Notes under the pieces: model-generated
What the model saw: the letters and a program-made list of their open reading frames with translations, nothing else
Told to the model about the DNA's origin: nothing
Databases searched by the model: none
Made by a program: the position numbers and the translations under genes
Part shown: positions 1 through 10,396 of the stretch, one piece after another
Numbering within the stretch: position 1 is the stretch's first letter
Layout: each line of letters opens with the position of its first letter
From: a phage
DNA length: 64,000 nucleotides
Assembly (NCBI GenBank): GCA_038314665.1
Contig: GCA_038314665.1_3677.1
Reading direction: 5' to 3' (one strand)

Positions 1-1
1 G

Positions 2-628
2 TTCATCTTTGGGGATGGCACTGAGAACATCATTAAGTGCCAAAGCACAAGATCGTATCAGAAAGGCACACCTCTGAACTCTGTGCTTAATGACCTACTG
101 AAGGATATGAACTTGCCAAAGGGTAGGGTTGTTGGTTTTGGAAACCAGACTTTGCAATACTCTATGGCTTTCTCTGGAAACACTGCAGAGAACCTCCGCA
201 GGTTTGCAAGGCTGACCAACTCAACATTCAGCGTTCAGGATGGGGCTTTGTATTGGACCAAGGTTGGAAAAAGGTTCAAGGACTCTGTGTTTGAAATAAG
301 TGCAGAGTCTGGGATGCACGGATCTCCTACCCCTAAAAACCCAGAACCTGCTAAAAAACGAAAAGCTAAAGCTGCTGCCAAAGGTGGTTCGACATCTAAA
401 AAGAAAAAGAAAAACCCGAGAGAGGATGTTGGCCTTACTGTAACCACATGCCTTAACGGGGCCATTCTTCCAGAATCCACCATTTACCTTAAAAGCAGGC
501 AATACACAGGTTTCTATAAGGTGATCACGGTGCATCATAAAGGTACCATAGAAGGTGGTGATTACACTACAGAGCTTGGCCTTGGGGAAACAGTGGGTGG
601 AGTTGTTGACAAAACTGAGGAGGTATAA
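2..628 (+). CDS. virion tail/baseplate protein, C-terminal fragment (5' end outside window)
   Basis: Frame of ORF 83..628 stays open back to nt 2 with no stop, so the gene starts upstream of the window; Lys-rich linker KKRKAKAAAKGGSTSKKKKK; directly precedes baseplate genes. Confidence 0.5.
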   Translation, partial: FIFGDGTENIIKCQSTRSYQKGTPLNSVLNDLLKDMNLPKGRVVGFGNQTLQYSMAFSGNTAENLRRFARLTNSTFSVQDGALYWTKVGKRFKDSVFEISAESGMHGSPTPKNPEPAKKRKAKAAAKGGSTSKKKKKNPREDVGLTVTTCLNGAILPESTIYLKSRQYTGFYKVITVHHKGTIEGGDYTTELGLGETVGGVVDKTEEV

Positions 629-1305
629 TGGCAATAAACAGGAAAGATGCTGCTGTAAGATCCTTTATAGAAAAAATAATGAGGGACTACCACACCAGCA
701 TCAGGGCCAGAGTTGTCAGCGTAGATTACAGTATCCCCTCTGCAGCCGTGCAGCCAATAGCTGAAACCACGTTTGATGACGGAGATGTGGAGAGATACCC
801 GCTTATCTATGACGTTCCAATTCAGGTGATGTCTGCAAACAGTGGGAAGGCAAGGTTAACACTTCCTATTAAGGCTGGAGATGTTGTAGGGCTGCAGTTT
901 TCAGAGAGAAATGAAAACAATAACGATGATCAACAAACTCACGGCCTGTTTCCTGGGTGGGCAATCACCTCTGTTCATTCAGACTCAAACGCTTTACAGA
1001 TCGATCCTGATAACGTAGAGTTATGGAATGATAGGGTTTATTTTAAACTGACACCTTCTGGCGATTTTGAGCTTCAAACCCCGGGTGGGACATTACGGTG
1101 CGACAGCAGCGGGGAGTTTTCTTTCACTAACGGTGCTGCCAATTTGCGAGCCGCTGTGGATGGAAATATCAGAATGAATGGTGCCACAATAGACCCATCT
1201 GGTAGAATTATAACTGCTGCTGGTGTGGATTTGGATTCATTCTATGCAGAATATAAAGGTCATACCCACTCTTGCCCTGATGGCGAGACAAGTGGACCGC
1301 ACTAA
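628..1305 (+). CDS. baseplate spike/hub-associated protein (gpV/gp5-like), tentative
   Basis: 225-aa ORF, ATG overlaps upstream stop (coupled); sits before wedge-like genes; no enzymatic motif seen. Confidence 0.35.
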   Translation: MAINRKDAAVRSFIEKIMRDYHTSIRARVVSVDYSIPSAAVQPIAETTFDDGDVERYPLIYDVPIQVMSANSGKARLTLPIKAGDVVGLQFSERNENNNDDQQTHGLFPGWAITSVHSDSNALQIDPDNVELWNDRVYFKLTPSGDFELQTPGGTLRCDSSGEFSFTNGAANLRAAVDGNIRMNGATIDPSGRIITAAGVDLDSFYAEYKGHTHSCPDGETSGPH

Positions 1306-1317
1306 TAGAGGGCTTTC

Positions 1318-2034
1318 ATGGCTACGCTTTATAGTGATATATTAATGGACCCACAGACAGGCGATTTGGCGATAGACAAAGGTCTTGAGTTGATAGATTC
1401 AAACCAGGTAAGTCTGCGCCAGCGCTTGTGGATGAGGTTTAATACGTGGAAGGGGAGCTGGTACTTTGACGAGTTGTTTGGCTTCCCTTATATGGACTTT
1501 CTCAGTAAGAAGGTCATGAAGACTGTTCTTGATAACAAGATTATGGAAGTGGCAAGACAAGAGCCGGATGTGCTAAACATCATAAACTTCCAGTCTACCA
1601 TGGATCGAAGATCGAGAACATACCAAGCGTTCTTTGAAGTTGTTACCAAAGAGAACGAGATTGTAAGGCTGGCTTTCGTAGGTCTTGATCAGTTTACCTA
1701 CCCACAGCCTGATTCTGGGACAACCTCTCTCTGTGATGATGAAGGTTGGATTAAGTGGGCTAATAAACTGTACTATCTGATCAACTTCAGATTGCCTAGA
1801 ACCGGAGATGCCACATGGTGGAACCAGTATGCTGGTCCTGAGATGGAAAACCCGATCCCTGTAGGCTCTCTGTTGACTCAGGATAAAGATCTGCTGATGA
1901 CTGAGGCAGAACAAACCATTAACCGCAATACCTGGACGCTTGCTCCAGATGAGCGCGAATACTCTGGTGTTATTGCTACCTCCAATGATGAGGCTATTGC
2001 CAACCAGTCTGGTCGTGCTATTGATGTTAACTAA
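1318..2034 (+). CDS. baseplate wedge protein, gp25/W-like (tentative)
   Basis: N-terminal GDLAIDKGLELIDSNQVSLRQRLWMRFNTWKGSWYFDELFGFPY resembles gp25/GPW-type signature; 238 aa. Confidence 0.4.
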   Translation: MATLYSDILMDPQTGDLAIDKGLELIDSNQVSLRQRLWMRFNTWKGSWYFDELFGFPYMDFLSKKVMKTVLDNKIMEVARQEPDVLNIINFQSTMDRRSRTYQAFFEVVTKENEIVRLAFVGLDQFTYPQPDSGTTSLCDDEGWIKWANKLYYLINFRLPRTGDATWWNQYAGPEMENPIPVGSLLTQDKDLLMTEAEQTINRNTWTLAPDEREYSGVIATSNDEAIANQSGRAIDVN

Positions 2035-2043
2035 GGAGAAATC

Positions 2044-2712
2044 ATGGCTGTAGCTTATCCTACAATACCAATTCCAGATCTTGAAGATGCAGAAACAGTC
2101 CTGAGTGATGACTTCTTGGTTGTCAACCAGACTGATGGGACAAGAAAGGCGAAGATTGATGATGTTGTCAACGATCTCAGTATTACTAAAATAATCTATT
2201 TCACAGAGGGTGGTTATCTTAAGAGCAAGAAGGACTTTGCTTATGATCCAGAGACCAAGCGCTACTACACGTGGAACGGGGATTATCCTAAAATAATCCT
2301 CCCAGACTCCACTGTAGAGGGTGCTGGGGGTGTGTCTGCAAAAGCATGGTCTGTTTTTGGTGAGCTTGCTGCAACTTCTTCTGGCAGGATAGTTGATTAC
2401 GGATCTATCGGTGGTCAGCTTGATATGGATCTTGAAGTTGCAGACACCTTTAAAGTTCGACTAACTTCAAATACCACAATCTCTTTTGAAAATCAAACAG
2501 AAGGTCTTGAAGGGGTGGCGAGAACTATAACCGTATGCATTACTCAGACCGCTGGCGGCAACAAAGTCTATTGGCCTGATAATGTTAAATGGGCCTACGG
2601 AAGAGATCCTATCCTAACATTTACAGCTGGTGCAACAGACATTTTCAAGTTGGAAACCTACGACAACGGGTTAACTTGGTACGGAGCACTGATTATCGCA
2701 GGAGCTATCTAA
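2044..2712 (+). CDS. tail fibre/adhesin-like protein with shared N-terminal anchor module
   Basis: N-terminal ~100 aa (DDFLVVNQTDGTRKAKIDDVV..FTEGGYL..FAY) paralogous to N-terminus of fibre 5347..9153. Confidence 0.45.
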   Translation: MAVAYPTIPIPDLEDAETVLSDDFLVVNQTDGTRKAKIDDVVNDLSITKIIYFTEGGYLKSKKDFAYDPETKRYYTWNGDYPKIILPDSTVEGAGGVSAKAWSVFGELAATSSGRIVDYGSIGGQLDMDLEVADTFKVRLTSNTTISFENQTEGLEGVARTITVCITQTAGGNKVYWPDNVKWAYGRDPILTFTAGATDIFKLETYDNGLTWYGALIIAGAI

Positions 2713-2713
2713 G

Positions 2714-5311
2714 ATGCGTATTCAACACAACATTGATAACGTATTTCAGATGATTGAGGGGCACAGGAAGTGCCTCGATAACAACACAGGTATTACCAAC
2801 ACCCCTACACAAAATAAGTTAGTGAACCCTGATGGTCTTATAGCTGCAGGGTGGGCAGGTAATAAGATAAATAATGATTGGGCAATGCATGAGGCCCAAG
2901 CTGTGTTGATTCTGGGGTACATTGAAGCATACAGGGCATCGAAAAGCGATTTCTACCTGGATAGGGCAAAAGATGCTTGGGAAGCTTACAATAGTCATCT
3001 TCTGGGTGCATATGCAGTAGAAAGTAAAATGCAAAGATTGTCCCACTACCCTCTATCCACAGACGGGGTTCCATCGCATGGTGGGTTTAAAGATGTAGTG
3101 GTGTCTTTTACCAATGGTAGAGGAAAAATCCCAGCTGGATCTCCGACATGGGGGGAATATCTGGACAAGGCATTCCAAGCGTATAACGGCGTGTTAGGAA
3201 GAAACACTGTAGACTCTGATGTTTACGGTGGCACAGATGATAACCCAGATTGGACAACATCCGGATTAAGTTGGTGGGTTGAGTGGTATATAGCATGGGA
3301 TGGTAATCGCTATTGGGCTAACGGTAGCATAGCTGATAGTGGTCATACGTCTGTAGAGTTTGGCACAATCCAATTACAAGACAAGGGTGTTACAGGCAAC
3401 CACAAAGTGACCTATTGTGTAAGATTACCTCAAGAGCAGGGTGGATCGGTGATCCCTGCTGGATCCCCTGTAATTGTGAATCCTATAAACGTGGTTGCAG
3501 ACAATCAAGCCCCAGAGTTGGATGGGGAAGAAATGTGGTGTGACGCTTGTTATCAACTCTACACCTTGACAGGTGAGGAAAAGTATTACACCGCGTTTAA
3601 ACAGTCTTACAACAAGTTGCTTAATTTCAGTGATATAAACGCTTACGACAAACTGTTTAGAAAGACCACGTTGATTAAGGCACCATTTACAGATGGTACT
3701 TGTCTTGTTGCAGGAACAGTTCCTGTCACGAGCAGAGACAGTGACGGGTATATCAATTTTAGAATGAACGCACGCCAGCCTTGCGAAATAATTCAAAAAG
3801 GTACCACCTACAAAATAGGCAGAGATGCTGAAATTGTCATGAATTTCGGAGGAGAGGGGGTTCTGTTCCAGCCACATTTCATCCTTAATGATGGCAACAA
3901 TAACAAAAAACAGTACAGGATAGGTGTCCCTTTTGGAGGTGCAGAGGTAACAGAAATAGTTGCCAAGGTTACCGATTTCGTAGAGGTAGTTGGTAAAGAC
4001 GGTAATCCGTACCTCTTACCTAAAGAGGAAAACATTGCCGTGAGCGGTGGTGCCAGTGTTAGTATGCAGTACGATACTGACATTTACAACCACTCTGACA
4101 ACTTCACCCGTTGTAATATAGCAAGAGGCAAAGTAACTTTCAATTTTGGAAGAGAGATTTCTTTAAACTCAGTAACTTATCGATCAGATGATGAGATGGT
4201 AAGGGTCAAATTTCTTGACAAAGATAGGTGGTTATGGTATGCTGATCTATATGCCACTAATGGACAATGGATAACAGAAACTCTTACTCTAGGAGATTTC
4301 AAACTAGATCCGACACAACCTCATCACACTGAAGAAGAGATTAAACCTTTCTTTGCTAATCCTAAGGGACTCACCTCTGTAGATTTCAGCCTAAGCGACA
4401 GACAGATAGGTAATGGCTTGTTTGATCTATATTGCGTCAACACACTGCCGCAATTCTATATTGCAGATAGGGATGCTTATCTAATCTGGTTTAGCGTATG
4501 GATGGCAAGCAAGACAGAATCAACCGCTAAGGTTGGTGATTGCTATGTCAGAAACTACAAGCAAGGTGCATACAGGCACACTCCTGGTGTGTTCCCTGCC
4601 GGAAAGGTGATAGATAAGGAAAATTACCTCTTGGAGGAAAAGCCAAATTGGCCATATCCAGGTATGCAATACCCAGCAGTCTACTGTATGGGTGCAGAAA
4701 ACATAGATCGCTATAGGTTGTCAAATACAATAGGCTTTCTGTATGACGCTCAAGTCTGGTATAATAACACATTTAAGACAGAGGGTCCAGTCGCCTCACG
4801 TTATGTATGGCAGAGAGGTAATGAAGGATTAACTGGTTGGTGGGAGATGGTAGATAACTCTAAGCTCCAGTCAAGATCTTTTGTTGCTGCGTGCCGCACA
4901 ATCTATGAGCTCAAGAAACATAAAGAACCTGTTGATGAAAGATTATTCCTGTTCTGCCAGAAATGGGCATGGTTCCTCAACAGATTCCAGTCATCTCATT
5001 CAGGAAATCTACCTACAGACTTTAACACCTCTGGGGGATATTCTTATCAAGACAGAGGAGACAGGATGTGGGTGGTAGGTGAATGGCTTGCAGGCTGCTG
5101 CTGGCTAGGTCTGTGCGGGTATTCAGAGACAATACCACAAATAGATATTGTTGTAGAAGCCTGTGTGAAGCTACTGCAAAAGCACCACTTCATTAATGGT
5201 GATAATGTTTTAAACGGCTGCTGGGCAGTTTCTGATCCGGTGGGCTATCACTCTGGCGAAATCCTTCGCGGTCTGGGACTTTATGCTCAATACCGTGGAT
5301 TGTACCTTTAA
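2714..5311 (+). CDS. large virion protein, possible tail-associated enzyme/tailspike
   Basis: 865-aa ORF inside fibre cluster, start overlaps upstream stop; Trp/Tyr-rich, no clear catalytic motif identified. Confidence 0.35.
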   Translation: MRIQHNIDNVFQMIEGHRKCLDNNTGITNTPTQNKLVNPDGLIAAGWAGNKINNDWAMHEAQAVLILGYIEAYRASKSDFYLDRAKDAWEAYNSHLLGAYAVESKMQRLSHYPLSTDGVPSHGGFKDVVVSFTNGRGKIPAGSPTWGEYLDKAFQAYNGVLGRNTVDSDVYGGTDDNPDWTTSGLSWWVEWYIAWDGNRYWANGSIADSGHTSVEFGTIQLQDKGVTGNHKVTYCVRLPQEQGGSVIPAGSPVIVNPINVVADNQAPELDGEEMWCDACYQLYTLTGEEKYYTAFKQSYNKLLNFSDINAYDKLFRKTTLIKAPFTDGTCLVAGTVPVTSRDSDGYINFRMNARQPCEIIQKGTTYKIGRDAEIVMNFGGEGVLFQPHFILNDGNNNKKQYRIGVPFGGAEVTEIVAKVTDFVEVVGKDGNPYLLPKEENIAVSGGASVSMQYDTDIYNHSDNFTRCNIARGKVTFNFGREISLNSVTYRSDDEMVRVKFLDKDRWLWYADLYATNGQWITETLTLGDFKLDPTQPHHTEEEIKPFFANPKGLTSVDFSLSDRQIGNGLFDLYCVNTLPQFYIADRDAYLIWFSVWMASKTESTAKVGDCYVRNYKQGAYRHTPGVFPAGKVIDKENYLLEEKPNWPYPGMQYPAVYCMGAENIDRYRLSNTIGFLYDAQVWYNNTFKTEGPVASRYVWQRGNEGLTGWWEMVDNSKLQSRSFVAACRTIYELKKHKEPVDERLFLFCQKWAWFLNRFQSSHSGNLPTDFNTSGGYSYQDRGDRMWVVGEWLAGCCWLGLCGYSETIPQIDIVVEACVKLLQKHHFINGDNVLNGCWAVSDPVGYHSGEILRGLGLYAQYRGLYL

Positions 5312-5315
5312 CATA

Positions 5316-5335
5316 GGGGGCTGTTTGCCCCCTTT
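5316..5335 (+). terminator. weak hairpin terminator-like element
   Basis: gggggc-tgttt-gccccc stem-loop then short T run, between stop 5311 and RBS of 5347. Confidence 0.3.
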
Positions 5336-5346
5336 CAGGAGAAAGA

Positions 5347-8300
5347 ATGGCTGATATTAAAGTTGTCAGAATTGAATCTCTTCCTGCCACTACCGCAGTG
5401 ACAGAGGATGATTACCTGGTTGTTCAACAACCAGACCTGACCCGTCGTGTAAAAATTGGCGATGTTGTCCATGTGGATGGGACTGTTTCTCATGTAATCT
5501 CCTTTAAGGAAGGTGGTAAGTTAAACGGCCCAATGGATTTTGCCTACTTCGAAGAGGAAGACCTCTACCTGCGTTGGAAAGGCGAATTTCCACACACTGT
5601 TCCTGCACTGTCTTCACCGTACTCCGATGGTGGGATTACTGACGCTGCATGGATGGTATATACTGATCCGTCCTTAAGGGAGGAGCTGGAATCTACCATT
5701 GGCGCATCCATGATTATGACAGCTGAAGGTCAGTCTGTCCAGGATGTAATGGATGTTACAGTTAAGACCGCCAACGATGCTAAAGCACTTGCACAGCGGG
5801 TAGATTTTGGTACCGTGCACACTGTAGGCGATGTTATTCACCTTGTCAATTTTGTTGGCCCTGCAGTTATTGAAGAGGGAAGAACTACTAACTACCCTTC
5901 TGTAGCAGCTGGTGAAAAATTCCTGAACGGTGTGGTATCTCGTCGTGATACTACAACTGTTGATGGTATTTTCCGTGGCGCTACCTCCGGAGCTATGTAC
6001 ACCATTGCAGTAACCAACGGTGTAGCAACAACAAAAAGAATAGCACTTCGTGATGAATTTAAACGCCTAGAGGCAAACAACCCAACAAGAACCATTATTC
6101 GTGCTGGTGATGATGTAAACACAGCCGGGTACTTGCAGCTTGATGCAACAGGTCGTTGGGGCATGTGGAACCAACAGACATCTTCATGGCAACCTCTTGC
6201 TGTAGAGCAAGGTGGTACAGGTGCCAGAGATGCCGCAGGTGCACGTATTAATTTAGGAACTTTTTATAAACAACGTGCAGCCCTTGAGGCAAATTTCAAT
6301 ATCAATAATTTGACGGGTAATCAGGATGGTGTATACTACCAGCCGATGACTGCTAATGCAACTGAGGAAAATGGCTACCCTGCAGGTTCTGGTGCTGGTC
6401 ACTTAATTGTTTGGCAGAACAATGCTAACGGCGGTGCAGGTTGTCGTCAGGAATACTATCCATTCTCTAACGTAGATGTTTGGTATTTGAGAACCTATCA
6501 GGCCAACACAAATCAGTGGACTGCATGGCAGCCTATGGTCAGACCTCGTAACGATGACACCTTCAGATCTCATATCGGCCTTGGTAAAAACAACTCACCA
6601 GCATTCGGGCACCTTTACTTAGCTCAATACTCTGGAGATGTTAAATCGGCCTCAGGTATTGTACACGGTGACAAGTATAATCGAGAAGGTACTCTTGAGC
6701 ATGGATATCGTATCTACTCTGAAGTAAGAAACGATAATAAAGCTTGGTTAACAATACACCTCCATAAGGGAGCTACTGGTGCAGAAACACATAGATACCT
6801 CGGATTCAGAGAGGATGGTGTTTTAGATTGTCCTAAATATATGCAGGTTGGCGATCTAAATGGTCAGCTGGCAAACTGGGGACTGGCAGAGTGGATCCGT
6901 AGTTCAGGCGCTGAAAGAGGTTTCTGGGGTTCCAAGAAAGCAGCCAAAATGGTTATCTGGGACGGAGGCATGGATGAGTCTGGTAACGGCACTCTGGAAT
7001 GGGGTGTTTATAACAACCGGAAGGCCAAGTGGGAACCTTTACCTCAAGCCGCAGGTGGTACTGGAGCTACAACTCTGGCAGAAGCTCAAAACCTGTTTAG
7101 AATACCTATGGCAGCAGGTGTAAAAGATTTCTTAACACTGCCAAGAACAGCAGCCATGGTGGATGGTAAATATTACCCTGTTATTGTAAGAACAGATCCG
7201 TACTATGCACCAGCTGTTGGGACAGATATTACAATAGTTACAAGATCCTCTTCTGGCAACGATCCTATGAACTGCGCAACACTCCAGTGTCATTACAGAA
7301 CTGGTGGTTGGACAGACCGTGGAGACTCTTTTACTGGTGTTATAAACTTCTACCAGAACGAAAGAGCAATACTTGGTTGTGTTGCTCCTACTCGCGGAAA
7401 ACAAGAGTATGTTGCTTTTTATGTAGAGGCCAGAGCTTTCCCAGTAAGCGTATATACAAGCCGAAACGTGCTTGAGGTATTTACCAGGGAAAATGACTGG
7501 CAGGTAGGGAATGTAACTGACAATCAGGACGGTGTTAAGTTTTGTGCTCCGTTAGAGTCAGCAGACTTAAATCTTGCGATAAAGGGTGATAATGTAACTA
7601 ACACCAGATCTCTTGCGGAGTTTAAAGGAACATCAGGTTTTTACACAGGCGGTGGTACTCAGTGGCACTACATCGGCACACCTGAACGCTATGCGGTCAT
7701 GAGTAAAATGACCATGCCTAAAGTTGAGCTGTGGGCAGATGGTATCGACTACCTATGCCCTGGTAGCCAGACCACAAGGAAAGCACTGTTCTCTAATGCT
7801 GGATTCCAGGCAGCATCTGAAGGTACAGAGGACTTAATTAACAACACATTTACTTCCAAATGCGGCAAGGGTGCAGGTCTGAAAGGCCAGTCAGAGTTCA
7901 GGTCTACCCCAGAGGCTGGACAGGTAATTGTCAGAGATGTTGTTGGTTCTGCACATAAATTCTTTAACTTCAACAAAGACGGCACATTCTACCCTCCTGG
8001 AGGTTATGTTTGCCAGACAGGTGCGGATTGGAACAATCAGTTTGGTAACACGAACCCGTCAAAAATAATGGCTGGTAATGTTAACGGACCTGAAGGTTCC
8101 ATGGTTGTAGCAGGGTTGTCGGTCGGTTTTTCTGGAAATTATGCATTCCAGATGGCTGGTCGTCTTGATCAGTTATACACTAGGTCTATTGAGGGTGGCA
8201 ATCACAGAGCGTGGAACAAGGTAATCCAACACCGTGGTCAGGGCCTAGGGACAAACGATCTTAATGACTACAAGGGCGATAGAGAGGGTTTTTATCATCA

Positions 8301-9153
8301 AGAGGCCAACTCTCAAGCCACACCTGAGAGAAACTACCCATGCGGACAGGCAGGTACTCTCCTTGTCTATAGAAACTATGCTAACGTTCCAGAGAGTTGC
8401 GTACAGGAATATACAACATATCTTGGAGAAAAATTCCTGCGTTATGGAACAACGATAGGTGGTGTTTTCACATGGGGCCATTGGCAGCAGCTTGGTGGTA
8501 AGGGTATCACTTTAAAAACTCAAGGGTCCAATCTTGAACCTGAGTTCACAATACACACAGGTGGCGGTACTGATGTTACCAACACTTCAAACATGCCTTC
8601 TAATACAGGCAGGTTGTACTATTGGGGTAATGGCGCGGATAGGAAGAATGTGCTGGAGTTCCAGATAAGTGATGACTCAACAGCCGCCAGCTGGGTATTC
8701 CACTGTGGAGCTAAGACAGATGAGGCTAAATCAAGATATTTTGCTGTCAACGGCACGGTAGAATGTACCACTGTTAGCCAAAGTTCCGATAGAGACCTGA
8801 AGGATAATATAGAGGTCATACCTAACGCTCTGGAAGCAATTAGAAAGATGAAAGGCTATACCTACACCTTGAAAGAGAATGGTATGCCTTATGCAGGCGT
8901 GATTGCTCAAGAGGTTATGGAAGCATTGCCAGAGGCAGTAGGATCTTTCGTGAAAAGGAAGGAAATAGAAGGTCCTACTCAAGACGGTACTCCTCTGATG
9001 ACCGAGGAAAGGTTCTATAACGTTGACTACGCAGCCGTAACAGGCTTGCTTGTCCAGGTTTGCAGGGAGCAGGATGATAAAATAACTGCCCTTGAGGAGC
9101 AGGTTAAAAAATTAACGGAGGTTGTTACTGGGTTGCAAGAGAAACTGAAGTAA
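5347..9153 (+). CDS. long tail fibre protein with C-terminal intramolecular chaperone (peptidase S74-like)
   Basis: 1268 aa; N-terminal anchor module shared with 2044..2712; Gly-rich central region; C-terminus SSDRDLKDNIEVIPNALEAIRKMKGYTYTLKENG..VDYAAVTGLLVQ..coiled coil matches autoproteolytic chaperone signature; RBS AGGAGAAAG. Confidence 0.75.
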   Translation: MADIKVVRIESLPATTAVTEDDYLVVQQPDLTRRVKIGDVVHVDGTVSHVISFKEGGKLNGPMDFAYFEEEDLYLRWKGEFPHTVPALSSPYSDGGITDAAWMVYTDPSLREELESTIGASMIMTAEGQSVQDVMDVTVKTANDAKALAQRVDFGTVHTVGDVIHLVNFVGPAVIEEGRTTNYPSVAAGEKFLNGVVSRRDTTTVDGIFRGATSGAMYTIAVTNGVATTKRIALRDEFKRLEANNPTRTIIRAGDDVNTAGYLQLDATGRWGMWNQQTSSWQPLAVEQGGTGARDAAGARINLGTFYKQRAALEANFNINNLTGNQDGVYYQPMTANATEENGYPAGSGAGHLIVWQNNANGGAGCRQEYYPFSNVDVWYLRTYQANTNQWTAWQPMVRPRNDDTFRSHIGLGKNNSPAFGHLYLAQYSGDVKSASGIVHGDKYNREGTLEHGYRIYSEVRNDNKAWLTIHLHKGATGAETHRYLGFREDGVLDCPKYMQVGDLNGQLANWGLAEWIRSSGAERGFWGSKKAAKMVIWDGGMDESGNGTLEWGVYNNRKAKWEPLPQAAGGTGATTLAEAQNLFRIPMAAGVKDFLTLPRTAAMVDGKYYPVIVRTDPYYAPAVGTDITIVTRSSSGNDPMNCATLQCHYRTGGWTDRGDSFTGVINFYQNERAILGCVAPTRGKQEYVAFYVEARAFPVSVYTSRNVLEVFTRENDWQVGNVTDNQDGVKFCAPLESADLNLAIKGDNVTNTRSLAEFKGTSGFYTGGGTQWHYIGTPERYAVMSKMTMPKVELWADGIDYLCPGSQTTRKALFSNAGFQAASEGTEDLINNTFTSKCGKGAGLKGQSEFRSTPEAGQVIVRDVVGSAHKFFNFNKDGTFYPPGGYVCQTGADWNNQFGNTNPSKIMAGNVNGPEGSMVVAGLSVGFSGNYAFQMAGRLDQLYTRSIEGGNHRAWNKVIQHRGQGLGTNDLNDYKGDREGFYHQEANSQATPERNYPCGQAGTLLVYRNYANVPESCVQEYTTYLGEKFLRYGTTIGGVFTWGHWQQLGGKGITLKTQGSNLEPEFTIHTGGGTDVTNTSNMPSNTGRLYYWGNGADRKNVLEFQISDDSTAASWVFHCGAKTDEAKSRYFAVNGTVECTTVSQSSDRDLKDNIEVIPNALEAIRKMKGYTYTLKENGMPYAGVIAQEVMEALPEAVGSFVKRKEIEGPTQDGTPLMTEERFYNVDYAAVTGLLVQVCREQDDKITALEEQVKKLTEVVTGLQEKLK
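8782..9153 (+). other. intramolecular chaperone / autoproteolysis domain of fibre 5347..9153
   Basis: S-S-D-R-D-L-K-D-N motif begins at codon 1146 (nt 8782), followed by conserved GYTY and C-terminal coiled coil. Confidence 0.55.
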
Positions 9154-9160
9154 CTGTTTT

Positions 9161-9188
9161 GCCCTCGCTTCGGCGGGGGCTTTTTGTT
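9161..9188 (+). terminator. rho-independent terminator
   Basis: 8-bp GC stem gccctcgc / gcgggggc with TTCG tetraloop followed by tttttgtttg, 8 nt after stop of fibre gene. Confidence 0.6.
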
Positions 9189-9252
9189 TGTATTGCGTAT
9201 TAACTCAAAATCTGGTAAAATAACTATCATGATTGTTTAACCTGGAGGCACA

Positions 9253-9843
9253 ATGTTTTTATGGGAAAGGCCTAGATACCTTCCAGATATTAGATTGGAG
9301 CTGCTGGCAGATATTGTTACGTTTAAAAGTCCGTTTACAGGTAAAACGCAAAAAGTAACCTATGCCACACCTAACTGGAAAGGCACTTTGACGGTTTCCA
9401 ATATCAGCGAGTCACAGTTGCTAGAGCTTAAGAGCTTTGTTGATCAGGTGTATAAAGATGGGAACATATTTCTCATTAAAACTTACGGTCACTCAGTAAC
9501 AGCTAATGAGCCAATCGCCCTTGGGCCTACTGGTAACGACGATTTTTTGAAGACGGTTGGGTGGGAGCCAAACAGAGACATAGCTAGAGCTGGGGATAAA
9601 ATATCTGTCAATGATGAATTGAAAGTGGTAACAGCTCCAGTACGCAGCGATGGTGTTGGGTCTGCTGTTATAAGCATATCTCCAAGACTTAGAAAACCTA
9701 TTGCCGCAGGGGATACTATGAAGATAATAACTCAATCCCCAAAGGGTAGGTTTCATATCAGAGATATTTATAAAATTAAGCAAAAAGTCGATGCTATGCA
9801 AAAAGGTGATAATATAGTTATCAACTTCTTTGAGGATTTCTAA
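9253..9843 (+). CDS. tail/baseplate assembly protein (minor tail protein), tentative
   Basis: 196-aa ORF with RBS GGAGG, first gene after terminator, heads operon ending in the 1199-aa fibre. Confidence 0.35.
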   Translation: MFLWERPRYLPDIRLELLADIVTFKSPFTGKTQKVTYATPNWKGTLTVSNISESQLLELKSFVDQVYKDGNIFLIKTYGHSVTANEPIALGPTGNDDFLKTVGWEPNRDIARAGDKISVNDELKVVTAPVRSDGVGSAVISISPRLRKPIAAGDTMKIITQSPKGRFHIRDIYKIKQKVDAMQKGDNIVINFFEDF

Positions 9844-10396
9844 GATGATTAGAGCGCCATTAGATAATTTATTTCTTGAGAAGCTGGAGCTTGATGGTGT
9901 TGAGATCTTAATTGCTGCAAAGCTAGAGCTACCGACAGGGACTGTCAGGGTGTGCTCAGGCACTGGTGTTGTAGTAATTGAGGGTCAACATTTTATAGGG
10001 ATAGGTGGATCAGCAACATTAACTGCTGTGTCTGAGAAAGATGCCACCAACTTCGGATCTGTGGTAGCAACATTGAACGGGTTTGATCCTAAGTATGTTG
10101 GTGATCTACTGAAGACGGAGTATTCTGGTTGTCGTGCCACGTTGTACATTACCGCTATGGAGAATGGTCTGCCTGTTACAACTAATGGTTTGTTTGACGG
10201 CCTTATAACAGATATGGCTATTCAGACAGGTGAGAACAGTGCTTTGTCCATATCCATCTCTTCCATCTTCAACAGTTGGTTAAGAGGTTTTCCTTATCGG
10301 TACACGGAGGAAAGCCACAGCTCAAGAAACGATAATGACAGATTTTTTAAATATGTGGATCAGGTGGCGAGCCGCCCGATCATTTGGGAGGTTTAA
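9830..10396 (+). CDS. tail/baseplate assembly protein, tentative
   Basis: 188-aa ORF overlapping neighbours by a few nt (coupled). Confidence 0.35.
   Translation: MRISKMIRAPLDNLFLEKLELDGVEILIAAKLELPTGTVRVCSGTGVVVIEGQHFIGIGGSATLTAVSEKDATNFGSVVATLNGFDPKYVGDLLKTEYSGCRATLYITAMENGLPVTTNGLFDGLITDMAIQTGENSALSISISSIFNSWLRGFPYRYTEESHSSRNDNDRFFKYVDQVASRPIIWEV

Noticed and set aside
221-634. Minus-strand ORFs overlapping long plus-strand structural genes (also 9493..9963, 10414..10887, 15432..16007, 24114..24635, 25233..26048, 48543..49238 and similar)
   Set aside because: Shadow ORFs nested antisense inside long, well-supported coding regions with coupled starts; no RBS or promoter context.
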